Shown here piece by piece: positions 40,501 through 48,559 of a DNA stretch of 53,707 nucleotides. Below the pieces are notes generated by a model. That model worked only from the letters and a program-made list of their open reading frames with translations, had not been told where the DNA came from and ran no database searches. Position 1 is the first letter of the stretch; the number at the start of each line of letters is the position of its first letter. Where the stretch lies: positions 1 to 53,707 of the IMG/VR virus record IMGVR_UViG_3300013132_000064. The stretch is one strand, 5' to 3'. The DNA is from a virus. Lineage: Duplodnaviria; Caudoviricetes. Both the position numbers and the translations under genes were made by a program.

Positions 40501-41062
40501 CTGATACGACATCACCAGAACTTAATCCGTGTGGGGTATTGCAAACAACTGTGATTGTGGAGAGTGGTGATTGTCCTCCGCCAGTAATCAATTGAACATC
40601 ATAAGCGTTTCCTCCAGAAGTCTTTCCAAAGAATCCTGGGTAATTATTAATTAATGTGAGTGTTTCCCACTTAGAGTTCTGAATACCGTATTCAAAGTCG
40701 GTATCAATCAAAGACTTTGGAGATGCTACTCTTAATTTTCCTACAGCATCTACTAGAAAGTCCGATGGTTCAAATTTTTCATTTTCTGTATCATAAACAA
40801 CTTGCCATTTATCGTTTACATTCATGTTGGCAGTATTATATTTTAATACAAGTACAGTTTCTCCATGTGCTGCATCTTTAGAGTGATCAAATGCATGAGA
40901 CACAAGGCCGAGAGAAGGATCGGAGAAGTTATAGACAATCTTGTTAGCAGTAACGTTGGTTATTAGAAGAAGCTGATTGTGTCTAAGTAATTCAGGAAGA
41001 CGAAGTGTGCTCGTTCCTGGTGTGAACTCTACGTGTGTTAACTCTAATACTCTTCTTGCCAT
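37571..41062 (-). CDS. Large virion structural protein (1163 aa) with repeated beta-barrel modules
   Basis: Repeated T...(P)HGL..G..V....NG...F-Y modules, and KLRVASPKSLIDTDFEYG as seen in large-phage structural proteins. Confidence 0.7.
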   Translation of the reverse strand: MARRVLELTHVEFTPGTSTLRLPELLRHNQLLLITNVTANKIVYNFSDPSLGLVSHAFDHSKDAAHGETVLVLKYNTANMNVNDKWQVVYDTENEKFEPSDFLVDAVGKLRVASPKSLIDTDFEYGIQNSKWETLTLINNYPGFFGKTSGGNAYDVQLITGGGQSPLSTITVVCNTPHGLSSGDVVSVAETLNDKADGTFLANPIDSVTFTYIAKGVVSGNLQDGTLTAIYGGGIFDNAHIMGGSTGALGSFSAVSDQANPSRITVVSPKPHGLLPGTPILITQKEGSNFYGSFFIDTVDSPNTMSFMAAQQINNPINTVGQGFYAKPEGYVTHRPMDGGVILSTGNNVCGTQTIRQTRRFFRYQSGKSILFSTGTKFTPTFEVQYIAAQSVNVGSNDITVTTLDSHNLQPGAYIKIDGVEIAGDYNPFNGIHLITAVIDSTTFKYNVNFSQVLSAIDQIPGGVNVYATAYTWKGASTRAGLYSEQDGFWFEYDGQGIYCCRQWSTQELRGTVSVTKFNSTVTGTNTIFRKQLLSGDKIVIRGQSYRVIQINSDTDMIIAPAYRGATQPNVKFRKTQIQKIPQSQWNLDKFDGTGPSGHVFDPSKMQMTFIDYSWYGAGTIRYGFRGQGGKISWAHEISHNNVNVQAYQRSGNLPARYEAMNEPTKFTRLVAGGTAVRGSNLLPNDTVMYVENVDYWPASGFLRISDESYCEIAQYTSIGAYNSTARGYALNLIRRQPYVTYYSGQAYNLNGSYVQATFRPDATIPGGSGSAQVSIQVISQECAPVMSHWGSSVIMDGGFDDDSSFIFTAGMQRFMQVGGSGSVSATLVSRVRSSGIATLTTSAPHSLLAGVAAVVSGVNDISTITYKRLTSNIAELTMSQAHRHRVGQSVTVVGVDGVFNGTWTITGVTSTTILFSRSSTNIPFTLVPTANNARATTSSFYNGTFTLSAVTSNTISYALAQPDETSSAINPNGGVTQVFGATQQARPLISLRVAPSVDNGTGRNFGLRELMNTMQLKLFNVNILSQGQFLIEGILNAQSLNGVDIPNAWSQSRVGSGSLAQIIYHDGTGVPGSPVLSPTNTVSGGDRVFAFYTDNSGGTNYSVTRIDLTKVRDLGNSILNGDGSTAAPGFPNAPDILSIVATNLGSSAANISATLSWTEAQA

Positions 41063-41073
41063 GTTTTATTCTC

Positions 41074-41694
41074 CTAAAATATCATGCTTGTAGCTTGAAT
41101 TACTGAGTTGTTCATAGTCATGTTTGCCAATGTCTGGTACTTAGGATAGTATACACCAAGATTTAACTGTTGGTCTACCTTCCAACTATTTAACTCATCT
41201 ATTACATTTTGTACTGCTGTTTCTCCAGCTGGTCCTGTGGCACCAGTTGGTCCTGTTACTCCTTGTGCTCCTGTATTTCCAGATGGGCCTTTGATATTGC
41301 CAACTAGACCCCAAATCTCCGTCGAAGAATTATATTGGAAATAATCTCCAGAAGTTGTATTTAAATATGTATCTAATCCATTCTTTTGTGCTGGGTTAGA
41401 TGTTGTAGGGTTTGCAATTCCAGTAAATGTATATGATCCTCTTGCTCCAGGAGTTCCTTGAGTTCCCGCCGCTCCTGCTGCGCCTGTTGGACCGATTGGA
41501 ATTTGAAAATTGAATATAGCAGCTCCAGAAGAACCAGAGTTTGTTACGGCTGCTGGAGATCCTGCTGGCACTACGTTTACAGTTCCAATAGAAATTGTTG
41601 CTGCGGCACCAGTTGGTCCTGTTGCACCCTGTGGGCCAGGACGAGATCCAGCTACGGTTACCCAAGCTGTGCCATTCCATCTTTTTAGTGACAT
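41074..41694 (-). CDS. Short collagen-like fibre protein
   Basis: GPQGATGPTG runs and an ISIGTV...VTNSG...A-FNF-IP-G module. Confidence 0.8.
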   Translation of the reverse strand: MSLKRWNGTAWVTVAGSRPGPQGATGPTGAAATISIGTVNVVPAGSPAAVTNSGSSGAAIFNFQIPIGPTGAAGAAGTQGTPGARGSYTFTGIANPTTSNPAQKNGLDTYLNTTSGDYFQYNSSTEIWGLVGNIKGPSGNTGAQGVTGPTGATGPAGETAVQNVIDELNSWKVDQQLNLGVYYPKYQTLANMTMNNSVIQATSMIF

Positions 41695-41719
41695 ATTATA
41701 ATACGCCTCCTACCTCTAA

Positions 41720-41728
41720 AGTATACCA
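41720..41728 (-). promoter_or_regulatory. Extended -10 promoter TGGTATACT
   Basis: Intergenic, followed by an AGGAGG SD. Confidence 0.55.
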
Positions 41729-41734
41729 GAACGA

Positions 41735-44170
41735 CTATTCAAATCCCATCCAAGCGAGGGCTTTTAAATCCTCGAAGACTGAAGAGTTCGTTGATATTGT
41801 CTCGTTAATATTCGATGCAGTAACTATTTTAAGCCAGTTGCCCTGAGTTCTAACATAAGCAGCTCCTGTAGCTGCATCTGCTGCTATAAAGCCATTTGGA
41901 GCATTTGGCGGGAAGTCTGCAATAGTTGGATAATTAGGAAATGATAGTTGATCATAATAGCTTGGGCTTTCGTTTTCATTAATATCTACCCAAAGTTGAA
42001 CGTTGTCTGGATTTGGAGGGGTTGCTCCAAATTCTAATATTGCTCCATCAAATTCATCTGTGTCGATCCAAAGTTCTCCAGGATAAGATGGAGTTGTTGG
42101 CTCATCAGCACTATAAATTAACTCTTGAATTGGCTCTGTAGCGTCTACCCAAAATTCATATTGTTGAGGATCTGGGGCAACTGCTCCTGTAAAGAATTGA
42201 TTGAATGGGGTATCTATATCGTCTACATCAATCCAAAGATCTCCATTACTTGTAGATCCGCTTGGAGGAGCAATAAGTCCAACAAAAAATGTGGATGGGG
42301 ACAACGTGTTGTCTGTAGGTATTAGACTTAGGCCTCCGCCGCCCGTGCCAACCTGAACATCTTGCCACAAGCCTCCTGAATAAACTCTAAGCTTATCTGT
42401 AATTCTATTATAATAAATTTGACCATGAACTCCATTTGTTGGGTTTTGATCCAAAGCTATAATAATTCCGTTTGTAAAAGTATTTGTAGATGTCCAAGTA
42501 TTGTTTGTTGACAAAGATAAATCAGAGGCGACATATTCCCATGTAGAAGACCCAGCATTCCAAACCTTAAGGGCTCTAGTATTTCCTGTTCTGTACTCGT
42601 CTGAATCAAACCAAAATTCTCCATTTGCTGGATTTGTTGGAGCTGAGGCTGAGACAATAGCTTTCGATGGGGGAATTATTGTTTCAAGAATTAACTTATT
42701 TGCCACATCGTCATAAGTAGCATTAATATTTGGGTTTAATCCATGAACAAATAAAGGAGCTATATAGTCTTGAGCCTCTTCTTGTGTTAATTGTGCTGCC
42801 ACCGCCAAATTAATTCTATTATTTACATCGTCATAGGTTGCTGTGACATTTTGATGAAAGGCATGAGTTAGCAAAGATGCTGCTGAATCTTGGGCAGCTT
42901 CTGTAAATCCTGGTAGATCTGCTGTAGTTATAGCAAAATTTAATTTTCCTGAATCATCATCATATGTTGCAGAAAATCCTGTAGGCTCTGTGTTTCCAGA
43001 CACCATTCCGCCTGCAACATCTTGAATTCTTTCGTCTGTGTCTGCCAGGGCTAAGTATGTATTTGCTGCGTCTGTTATATTTAATTTAGTCGCTAAAGCG
43101 TTAGTAATTGTAGTTGCAAAATTAGCGTCATCGCCAATCGCTGCAGCAATTTCATTTAGTGTGTCTAGCAGTCCAGGCGCAGAATCAACTAAATTAGATA
43201 TTGCTGTATTTACATATGTTTGAGTTGCTATTACGCTTGTATCTACAGATACAGTGATTGTATTTAAGGTATCATCAAATGATTTTGTGATTCCATTTCC
43301 TGCAGTAAGCGCTGTTGCTATTGCTGTTACTACTTCGTCGTCGCCATATGTTGCGGTTAAGTTAAGCTTATTGTTTACATCATCAAAAACAACGGTAATT
43401 CCTGTATGAGTACCGCTAGTTACTATGGCAGCTGCTACATCTTCAACTCTTTCTTTAAACTGAGTGCCTGATTCTATTTCATCATATATAAGTTGTTCTG
43501 AAGCAAGGATTGCCTCCTGTTCTGCCGCATCGGCTTTATCTGATGCGTCTGTTGCAGCGGCACTAAGTATAAATGCTTCTCTAGTATCAGTATAAGTTTT
43601 TGCCTCTTGAATTCCAGCAGAAAGTTCTGTGTCTCTAGTAATTGAGGATGGTATTTCTGAATCTGGAATATACCCATCTGGTCCCAGAGAGGCTACTCCA
43701 TCTGGATTGCCTACTTGATTTAACGAAACATAAACTGTCGGTAATGCATTTCCTAAACTGTATACAGCTTCATCTACGTAGGTCTTAGTAGCGACTTCTG
43801 CGCTTGTAGAAATACTATATGTTCTGGTCTGATCGTTATACGTAAATTCTATATTTACGTGATTTCCGCCCTGAAGGGCAGACTTGATTGCGTTATAAGC
43901 TCTATCATTATTAAAGTATTGAGCGGTCAAGCTTTCTGCCACATCGGCAGTAGTTATAGTCTCAACAAAAGTTTTTAGCGTATTTAATACGTTCTGTATT
44001 GAATTTGTATCAGGAGAATTATTGATTCCAAGCTTAAGTTGAATTGCTTCGACTGCGTCATTTAAGTTTCTATGCTGTGCGGAATGGGATAGCTGACCCG
44101 AAGCTCCCATTGATGTAGAGCCAGATGGATTTGGAAAATTATCTAAAGCTGTGGGGTACGACGTAGCCAT
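41735..44170 (-). CDS. Acidic repetitive tail fibre/decoration protein (811 aa)
   Basis: MATSYPTALD N-terminus, repeated TYDD..(N/G)K(L/I)NL units, an APGLLDTLNEIAAAIGDDANFA fibre motif and repeated P...(G)-LW(I/V)D units. Confidence 0.75.
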   Translation of the reverse strand: MATSYPTALDNFPNPSGSTSMGASGQLSHSAQHRNLNDAVEAIQLKLGINNSPDTNSIQNVLNTLKTFVETITTADVAESLTAQYFNNDRAYNAIKSALQGGNHVNIEFTYNDQTRTYSISTSAEVATKTYVDEAVYSLGNALPTVYVSLNQVGNPDGVASLGPDGYIPDSEIPSSITRDTELSAGIQEAKTYTDTREAFILSAAATDASDKADAAEQEAILASEQLIYDEIESGTQFKERVEDVAAAIVTSGTHTGITVVFDDVNNKLNLTATYGDDEVVTAIATALTAGNGITKSFDDTLNTITVSVDTSVIATQTYVNTAISNLVDSAPGLLDTLNEIAAAIGDDANFATTITNALATKLNITDAANTYLALADTDERIQDVAGGMVSGNTEPTGFSATYDDDSGKLNFAITTADLPGFTEAAQDSAASLLTHAFHQNVTATYDDVNNRINLAVAAQLTQEEAQDYIAPLFVHGLNPNINATYDDVANKLILETIIPPSKAIVSASAPTNPANGEFWFDSDEYRTGNTRALKVWNAGSSTWEYVASDLSLSTNNTWTSTNTFTNGIIIALDQNPTNGVHGQIYYNRITDKLRVYSGGLWQDVQVGTGGGGLSLIPTDNTLSPSTFFVGLIAPPSGSTSNGDLWIDVDDIDTPFNQFFTGAVAPDPQQYEFWVDATEPIQELIYSADEPTTPSYPGELWIDTDEFDGAILEFGATPPNPDNVQLWVDINENESPSYYDQLSFPNYPTIADFPPNAPNGFIAADAATGAAYVRTQGNWLKIVTASNINETISTNSSVFEDLKALAWMGFE

Positions 44171-44177
44171 ATATGTA

Positions 44178-44185
44178 ATTATACC
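44178..44185 (-). promoter_or_regulatory. -10 promoter GGTATAAT, probably leaderless
   Basis: TATAAT followed by 7 nt then the ATG at 44170; no SD. Confidence 0.6.
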
Positions 44186-44204
44186 CGAAATTTAATTTAA
44201 AGCT

Positions 44205-44471
44205 CTAGATTACGTAGCCGTCGTCCTTTTTAGAAGCCTCTTCTTCAGGATTAAACTGACCCCATTTTCCTACAGGGCATTCTGCATTAGGCAACTTAGT
44301 TTTTGAGTCCATAAGACAGCCACATTTTTTACATTGTTTAGTAAGCTTTATTAAGTGTGGGCATTCTAGGCATATGGCAAATCTTTCAGCAGCAATCTCT
44401 TCTGTGACCCTGCCTATCTTTTTATTAAAAAGATCCCAAGGTCTTGCTGGTCTGTCTGGGTAATCTGTCAT
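44205..44471 (-). CDS. Small Cys-rich metal-binding protein (DUF6171-like)
   Basis: R-AICLECP...QCKKCGC-M..K...ECPVGKW motif. Confidence 0.75.
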   Translation of the reverse strand: MTDYPDRPARPWDLFNKKIGRVTEEIAAERFAICLECPHLIKLTKQCKKCGCLMDSKTKLPNAECPVGKWGQFNPEEEASKKDDGYVI

Positions 44472-44478
44472 ATCTATA

Positions 44479-45423
44479 TTATACCTTATCTAGTGGGAAA
44501 AAGGTAGGGGGTATATAAAATTTGCTTTTACACATTTGTTTACCAAACTTTATTCCAGCATAATCCTCATATTGTTTTTTAATAGAACTTTTGTTAATCT
44601 TTTTTTGTATGTATTCCTCTTCCTTTAGATAAATTTCATTTAATTCTTTTTGGCTAGGCAAATACATTGACATACTAAGCCTGTCTCCTCCATGCTGATT
44701 TAATCTATTTTGATATAAGTGAGTTAGCCCAACTTCTAGGTTCGGATGCACAATAGCATATCCAGACTCTATTAAGTCTAATGTCTTTGAATATTCTTCC
44801 GCCCAAAAGAAAACCTCTTCGTCTAGAGTAAGAGATTCTTGATATTTACCTAGAGTAAAAACAAAATTTGCAGAAAATTTTCTTGCTGGGGCAAAATCAA
44901 CCTTTAGTGGATCAAAAGAATTAGCCCACAATGGGAGGACTCTATGAACTAGTTTATCGTTAGTCATATAAGACCACAGAGGAATTGTTGTGTTCGCAAC
45001 AACTCTTTTTCTTTTGCTTTTATAAAAATATTCATTTAAATAAGCAGATAAAATAGTCTTTTCAGAGCCAACAAAATTTATTGCTTGCCCATATAAAGAT
45101 ATCAATCCTTCATCCCAGTTTTTTTCAAATTTTGTATGAGAATCTATTTGTAGTATGTATTTTTCACCATCATACAAGGACTTTGCTCTATTTCTGCCCT
45201 TTGATATACCGAGACTTTCTTTTGCATAAGAAAAGAGCAGCCTAACATTTTTATATTTAGAAAAAGCCTTTTCAATATCTGCCTTTTCTTCTAAGGTCGC
45301 ATATTGATAATGCAGTCCAACATAAACTCTTTTAGGATTCTTTGCTTTTTTAAAAACATCTTTTATCGTCTTGTGTATTTCTAGATCTCTAAGACTAGGC
45401 ACCGAAACAAATATTGTATTCAT
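44479..45423 (-). CDS. GlcNAc transferase (GT60/Skp1 GlcNAc-transferase-like)
   Basis: IFVSVPSLRD-E...A-NP-RVYVG, Y-GE-YILQIDSHT-F...WD..LI, FSANFVF and F-AEE motifs. Confidence 0.85.
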   Translation of the reverse strand: MNTIFVSVPSLRDLEIHKTIKDVFKKAKNPKRVYVGLHYQYATLEEKADIEKAFSKYKNVRLLFSYAKESLGISKGRNRAKSLYDGEKYILQIDSHTKFEKNWDEGLISLYGQAINFVGSEKTILSAYLNEYFYKSKRKRVVANTTIPLWSYMTNDKLVHRVLPLWANSFDPLKVDFAPARKFSANFVFTLGKYQESLTLDEEVFFWAEEYSKTLDLIESGYAIVHPNLEVGLTHLYQNRLNQHGGDRLSMSMYLPSQKELNEIYLKEEEYIQKKINKSSIKKQYEDYAGIKFGKQMCKSKFYIPPTFFPLDKV

Positions 45424-46205
45424 AGGTATCTTTTTTTCTTTCTATAATCTCTTTTATACATGCCGCCCATTGCCTCACCGCTAGAGTCGTATCTTTCTTT
45501 GTCATACTCTGCAATATCTTTTGCAGAACTTTGAAGAAATTCTCTATTCGGATTATCATGAACTCCAGAATTCCAATCATCTCTTTTAAAAGGAATGACT
45601 TGAACAACTGGGGTGCCTGCTGGAATTTTACCAGAAAAATTATTTTTCATTAAAAACGGGAAAAGAACTGGCATAATATAAGAATCTGTATCTACAACAC
45701 CGCTTAGGGTATAAAATGGTAGATCTGATCTATTTAAAGGGTGAGTAAATAATATACTGTATCCTGGTGGGGTTTTTATCAGGTATTGATTTGACCATTT
45801 AAATGCATAGCTAATAAACTCTGGACTAAATGGCATATCTCCTAACTGTGTTATGGGATGCATTGATACTGCTTTATGCTCTACGTTGTGACCGCCCTTT
45901 ATTTTTGATATATTTTCTTCTTCATCGTGTTCAAAATAATAGTCTTCTGTTGTTGTTAAAAAGTAACCAGTTGTAAAAGCATCTAGCACAGGAATACATC
46001 TTTTTATTGTTAGATCTTCAATTTTAGCATTAGACTTTAACTTTGTTTTTGACGGAATGTTTTTATACCACTCTGGTATGAGCTCAGATCCTCTTTTCAT
46101 TTCCAAAAATTTAATTGAGTTTCTGTCTGACCAAATAAACTCTATTCTTCCATTGTCGGAAGAGCTAGTTATTGTTTTTTTCTTCCACTTATTTCTTTTT
46201 ATCAT
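45420..46205 (-). CDS. Uncharacterised protein, probable dUTPase-like beta fold (paralogue 2)
   Basis: IPEWYK, KRCIPVLDAFTTGY, IKTPPGYSILFTHP-N, PF-TLSGVVDTD and IPAGTPVVQVIPFKR. Start probably at 46205. Confidence 0.65.
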   Translation of the reverse strand: MIKRNKWKKKTITSSSDNGRIEFIWSDRNSIKFLEMKRGSELIPEWYKNIPSKTKLKSNAKIEDLTIKRCIPVLDAFTTGYFLTTTEDYYFEHDEEENISKIKGGHNVEHKAVSMHPITQLGDMPFSPEFISYAFKWSNQYLIKTPPGYSILFTHPLNRSDLPFYTLSGVVDTDSYIMPVLFPFLMKNNFSGKIPAGTPVVQVIPFKRDDWNSGVHDNPNREFLQSSAKDIAEYDKERYDSSGEAMGGMYKRDYRKKKRYL

Positions 46206-46950
46206 AATCTGCCTTATATTTTTTTGGTATCCAAACCTTAGATCTATAAAATCCATAACTAACTTCTCTAGAACTATTTGCCAAGAATTTATCATAATCG
46301 TCCATTATCCTAGCTGTCGATATCCATGAAGATCTTTTAATTGGTATTAGCTGAGCAACTGGAGTTCCTTTTGGAATAATTCCAGTAAATCCTTTTTTAA
46401 TAAAAAACGGCATATTCCCATTAGGGCTAAATCTATCGCTTTCCATTATCCCACTCATAGTAATAAATGGAAGATCAAAATAATTCATTGGATGAGTAAC
46501 AAGCATACTCCATCCTCTGGGCAGCTTCATTCCCCATTTACATTGCCAAACCATGTGACAACTAGAATATCCCTCTGGTCTAGGTATTGTGTGTCCCAAA
46601 TCGCCTTTTCTTTCTGCTAAAACTTCCCAATTTGATGGAGATTCTTGATAGCCGCCAAAAATATCTGGCTCTACATATCTATACTCTACTCCGTCTTCAT
46701 CATTTTTTGTAAACTCAATATCTGCCCAAGATGTTATAAAATATCCAGATGTCAATGCATCTAAAAACGGCATGCACCCCTTCATTCCTGAGACTCTATC
46801 TAAATCAGAACTATCAGTAACTTTGTTTGTTTCTGGATTTAAAAAACTTTCGCCTTTTCTATACCATTCTGGAATGAGGCTAGAGGAGGGTACGGGGGGA
46901 TCTATTGGTAGATGGTATTCTGGTCTTAATACAAAAGTTATTTTTTTCAT
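46189..46950 (-). CDS. Uncharacterised protein, probable dUTPase-like beta fold (paralogue 1)
   Basis: IPEWYR, KGCMPFLDALTSGY, LPRGWSMLVTHP-N and IPKGTPVAQLIPIKR. Confidence 0.65.
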   Translation of the reverse strand: MKKITFVLRPEYHLPIDPPVPSSSLIPEWYRKGESFLNPETNKVTDSSDLDRVSGMKGCMPFLDALTSGYFITSWADIEFTKNDEDGVEYRYVEPDIFGGYQESPSNWEVLAERKGDLGHTIPRPEGYSSCHMVWQCKWGMKLPRGWSMLVTHPMNYFDLPFITMSGIMESDRFSPNGNMPFFIKKGFTGIIPKGTPVAQLIPIKRSSWISTARIMDDYDKFLANSSREVSYGFYRSKVWIPKKYKADYDKKK

Positions 46951-47276
46951 TTATCATGATCGTGGTGATGATGGTGATCAGCGTGATCATCATTTGTATT
47001 AATAAATTTACCGTCTTCGTATTTAAACCCTCTCATGACTTCTTTATTGGAAACATTTACAATTGTGGGTTCGCTTAAAAATATCGCTGCTAATCTAGGC
47101 TGACAGGAAAGAACATCTACAACTTCTCCGTCTATAATAAAAGCAATTCTCTCTGTCATATCTATTGGAGGTGAAGGCAAAGCCTTTTTCTTTTTTATTG
47201 GCTTTATTTTATTAGTAAACTCTTTATATCTTCGATTTCTATATTCTTTTTTAACTTCTTTAAATTTATTGCTCAT
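46947..47276 (-). CDS. Small fibre-chaperone-like protein with a poly-His tail
   Basis: IAFIIDGEVVD...G-KYEDGKF motif; C-terminal DDHADHHHHHDHDK. Confidence 0.65.
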   Translation of the reverse strand: MSNKFKEVKKEYRNRRYKEFTNKIKPIKKKKALPSPPIDMTERIAFIIDGEVVDVLSCQPRLAAIFLSEPTIVNVSNKEVMRGFKYEDGKFINTNDDHADHHHHHDHDK

Positions 47277-48559
47277 TAAGACACCCTAAATTCGTTTATC
47301 TCCGATGTTTGAGAATCTGCGTAGGTCACAGGAGACTTTAGTATACCATGTTTTTTAGTTTTTGTATATCCTGAAACAGTTGTTGATTGATCAGATCCTA
47401 TTTGAGAAGTATAGTTAGAGCCAGAAAAAGCTCTTACGGTAACGCTGTTTCCGCTTAATATAGTTCTAAATCCAGCTATAGTTGATGCAAAAACAAATGT
47501 AGCAACAACACTAACAGTTCCTGATATTGATCTCAAAACCCTAACTCTATTACTTACAACACAATTACAGGTAAAAGAATTCCCTGGGGACCAAGCTGAA
47601 CAACAATTTGCAGCAAAAGCATTACAATTGCCACCTGTTGAAGGGTTGTTGGCTGTTGCCCAACCTGAACAATTTCCTGGGTTCGTTCCACTTGACCAAC
47701 TGTTGCAAGTAAATGAGAACCATTGAGTTGGAGGGTTTGTTGGATTTGTAGTTGCACAGTTTCCTCCACTTGGTGGATTAGTTCCTGAACTAGTATTCCC
47801 AGCAGCGCAATTTCCTCCAGCTATATTATTACTACATCTTTTACAGCCGTTTGGCCCACTGAGTCCGCCGCAAGAAGATGAGGTACAGCAGCTGCCCCCG
47901 CATAAAGAAGAAGACGCTCCATTACAGCTAGCGCAACCACCGCAACCACATGTATAATTAGTTACTGCTTGAAAATTATTCCATGTTGTGCATGTAAATA
48001 TAGTAAAAGGATTTCCTGGAACTATTGGGTTCCATGTTGCACAATTTCCGCCACCGCCTGCATTCCATCCTGAGTTGGTAGTCCCAGCGCTGCAGGTAGT
48101 AAATGGAGTTCCTGGATTGAAGTTTTGACAAAAAGTATAAGAGTTTCCTGGCACTACGGGATTTGTATTTCCATTACAACAAGTAAAGAATTGATTGCAG
48201 ACTGCTGAATTAAAACATGTTTGACATTGCTGTACGCCGTCTACTGTTGTGCCCCACCAAGTTCCAGCATCGGTAACCCAAAAAGATGATCCCACCCCTG
48301 GACCTACTCCATCCACAGAAATAGTTACATCTTCTTTTGTAAATGTAAGAGTGGCTAAAGGATATGTTGCAGGACTGTCTCCGCTTAAAGCTTTATTATT
48401 AGATATACCCCATGTTCCTTTTATTTGAGCCCAAGGAGATCCACCAGTTGAACCTAAAGAAAATGCATTATTTGATCTATCAAACAAATCAATAGCAGAC
48501 AACAAAGCTTTTAGCCTTGATACTGCAATATTTTTTCTTCTTCTAATTGCACCAGCCAT
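47276..48559 (-). CDS. Virion-associated beta-sandwich protein with a 28-Cys insertion
   Basis: D-FDRS...LG...W....GTW-I N-terminus and KHGI C-terminus flank a Cys/Gly/Asn/Thr-rich insert of about 220 aa. Confidence 0.75.
   Translation of the reverse strand: MAGAIRRRKNIAVSRLKALLSAIDLFDRSNNAFSLGSTGGSPWAQIKGTWGISNNKALSGDSPATYPLATLTFTKEDVTISVDGVGPGVGSSFWVTDAGTWWGTTVDGVQQCQTCFNSAVCNQFFTCCNGNTNPVVPGNSYTFCQNFNPGTPFTTCSAGTTNSGWNAGGGGNCATWNPIVPGNPFTIFTCTTWNNFQAVTNYTCGCGGCASCNGASSSLCGGSCCTSSSCGGLSGPNGCKRCSNNIAGGNCAAGNTSSGTNPPSGGNCATTNPTNPPTQWFSFTCNSWSSGTNPGNCSGWATANNPSTGGNCNAFAANCCSAWSPGNSFTCNCVVSNRVRVLRSISGTVSVVATFVFASTIAGFRTILSGNSVTVRAFSGSNYTSQIGSDQSTTVSGYTKTKKHGILKSPVTYADSQTSEINEFRVS

Noticed and set aside
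32736-47769. Alternative-frame minus-strand ORFs inside Gly-rich, Cys-rich and fibre genes (32736-32993, 33913-34095, 34216-34500, 42457-42657, 43474-43677, 47554-47769)
   Set aside because: They are by-products of low-complexity codon usage (GGN runs read as Ala/Val/Glu) and have no initiation signals.
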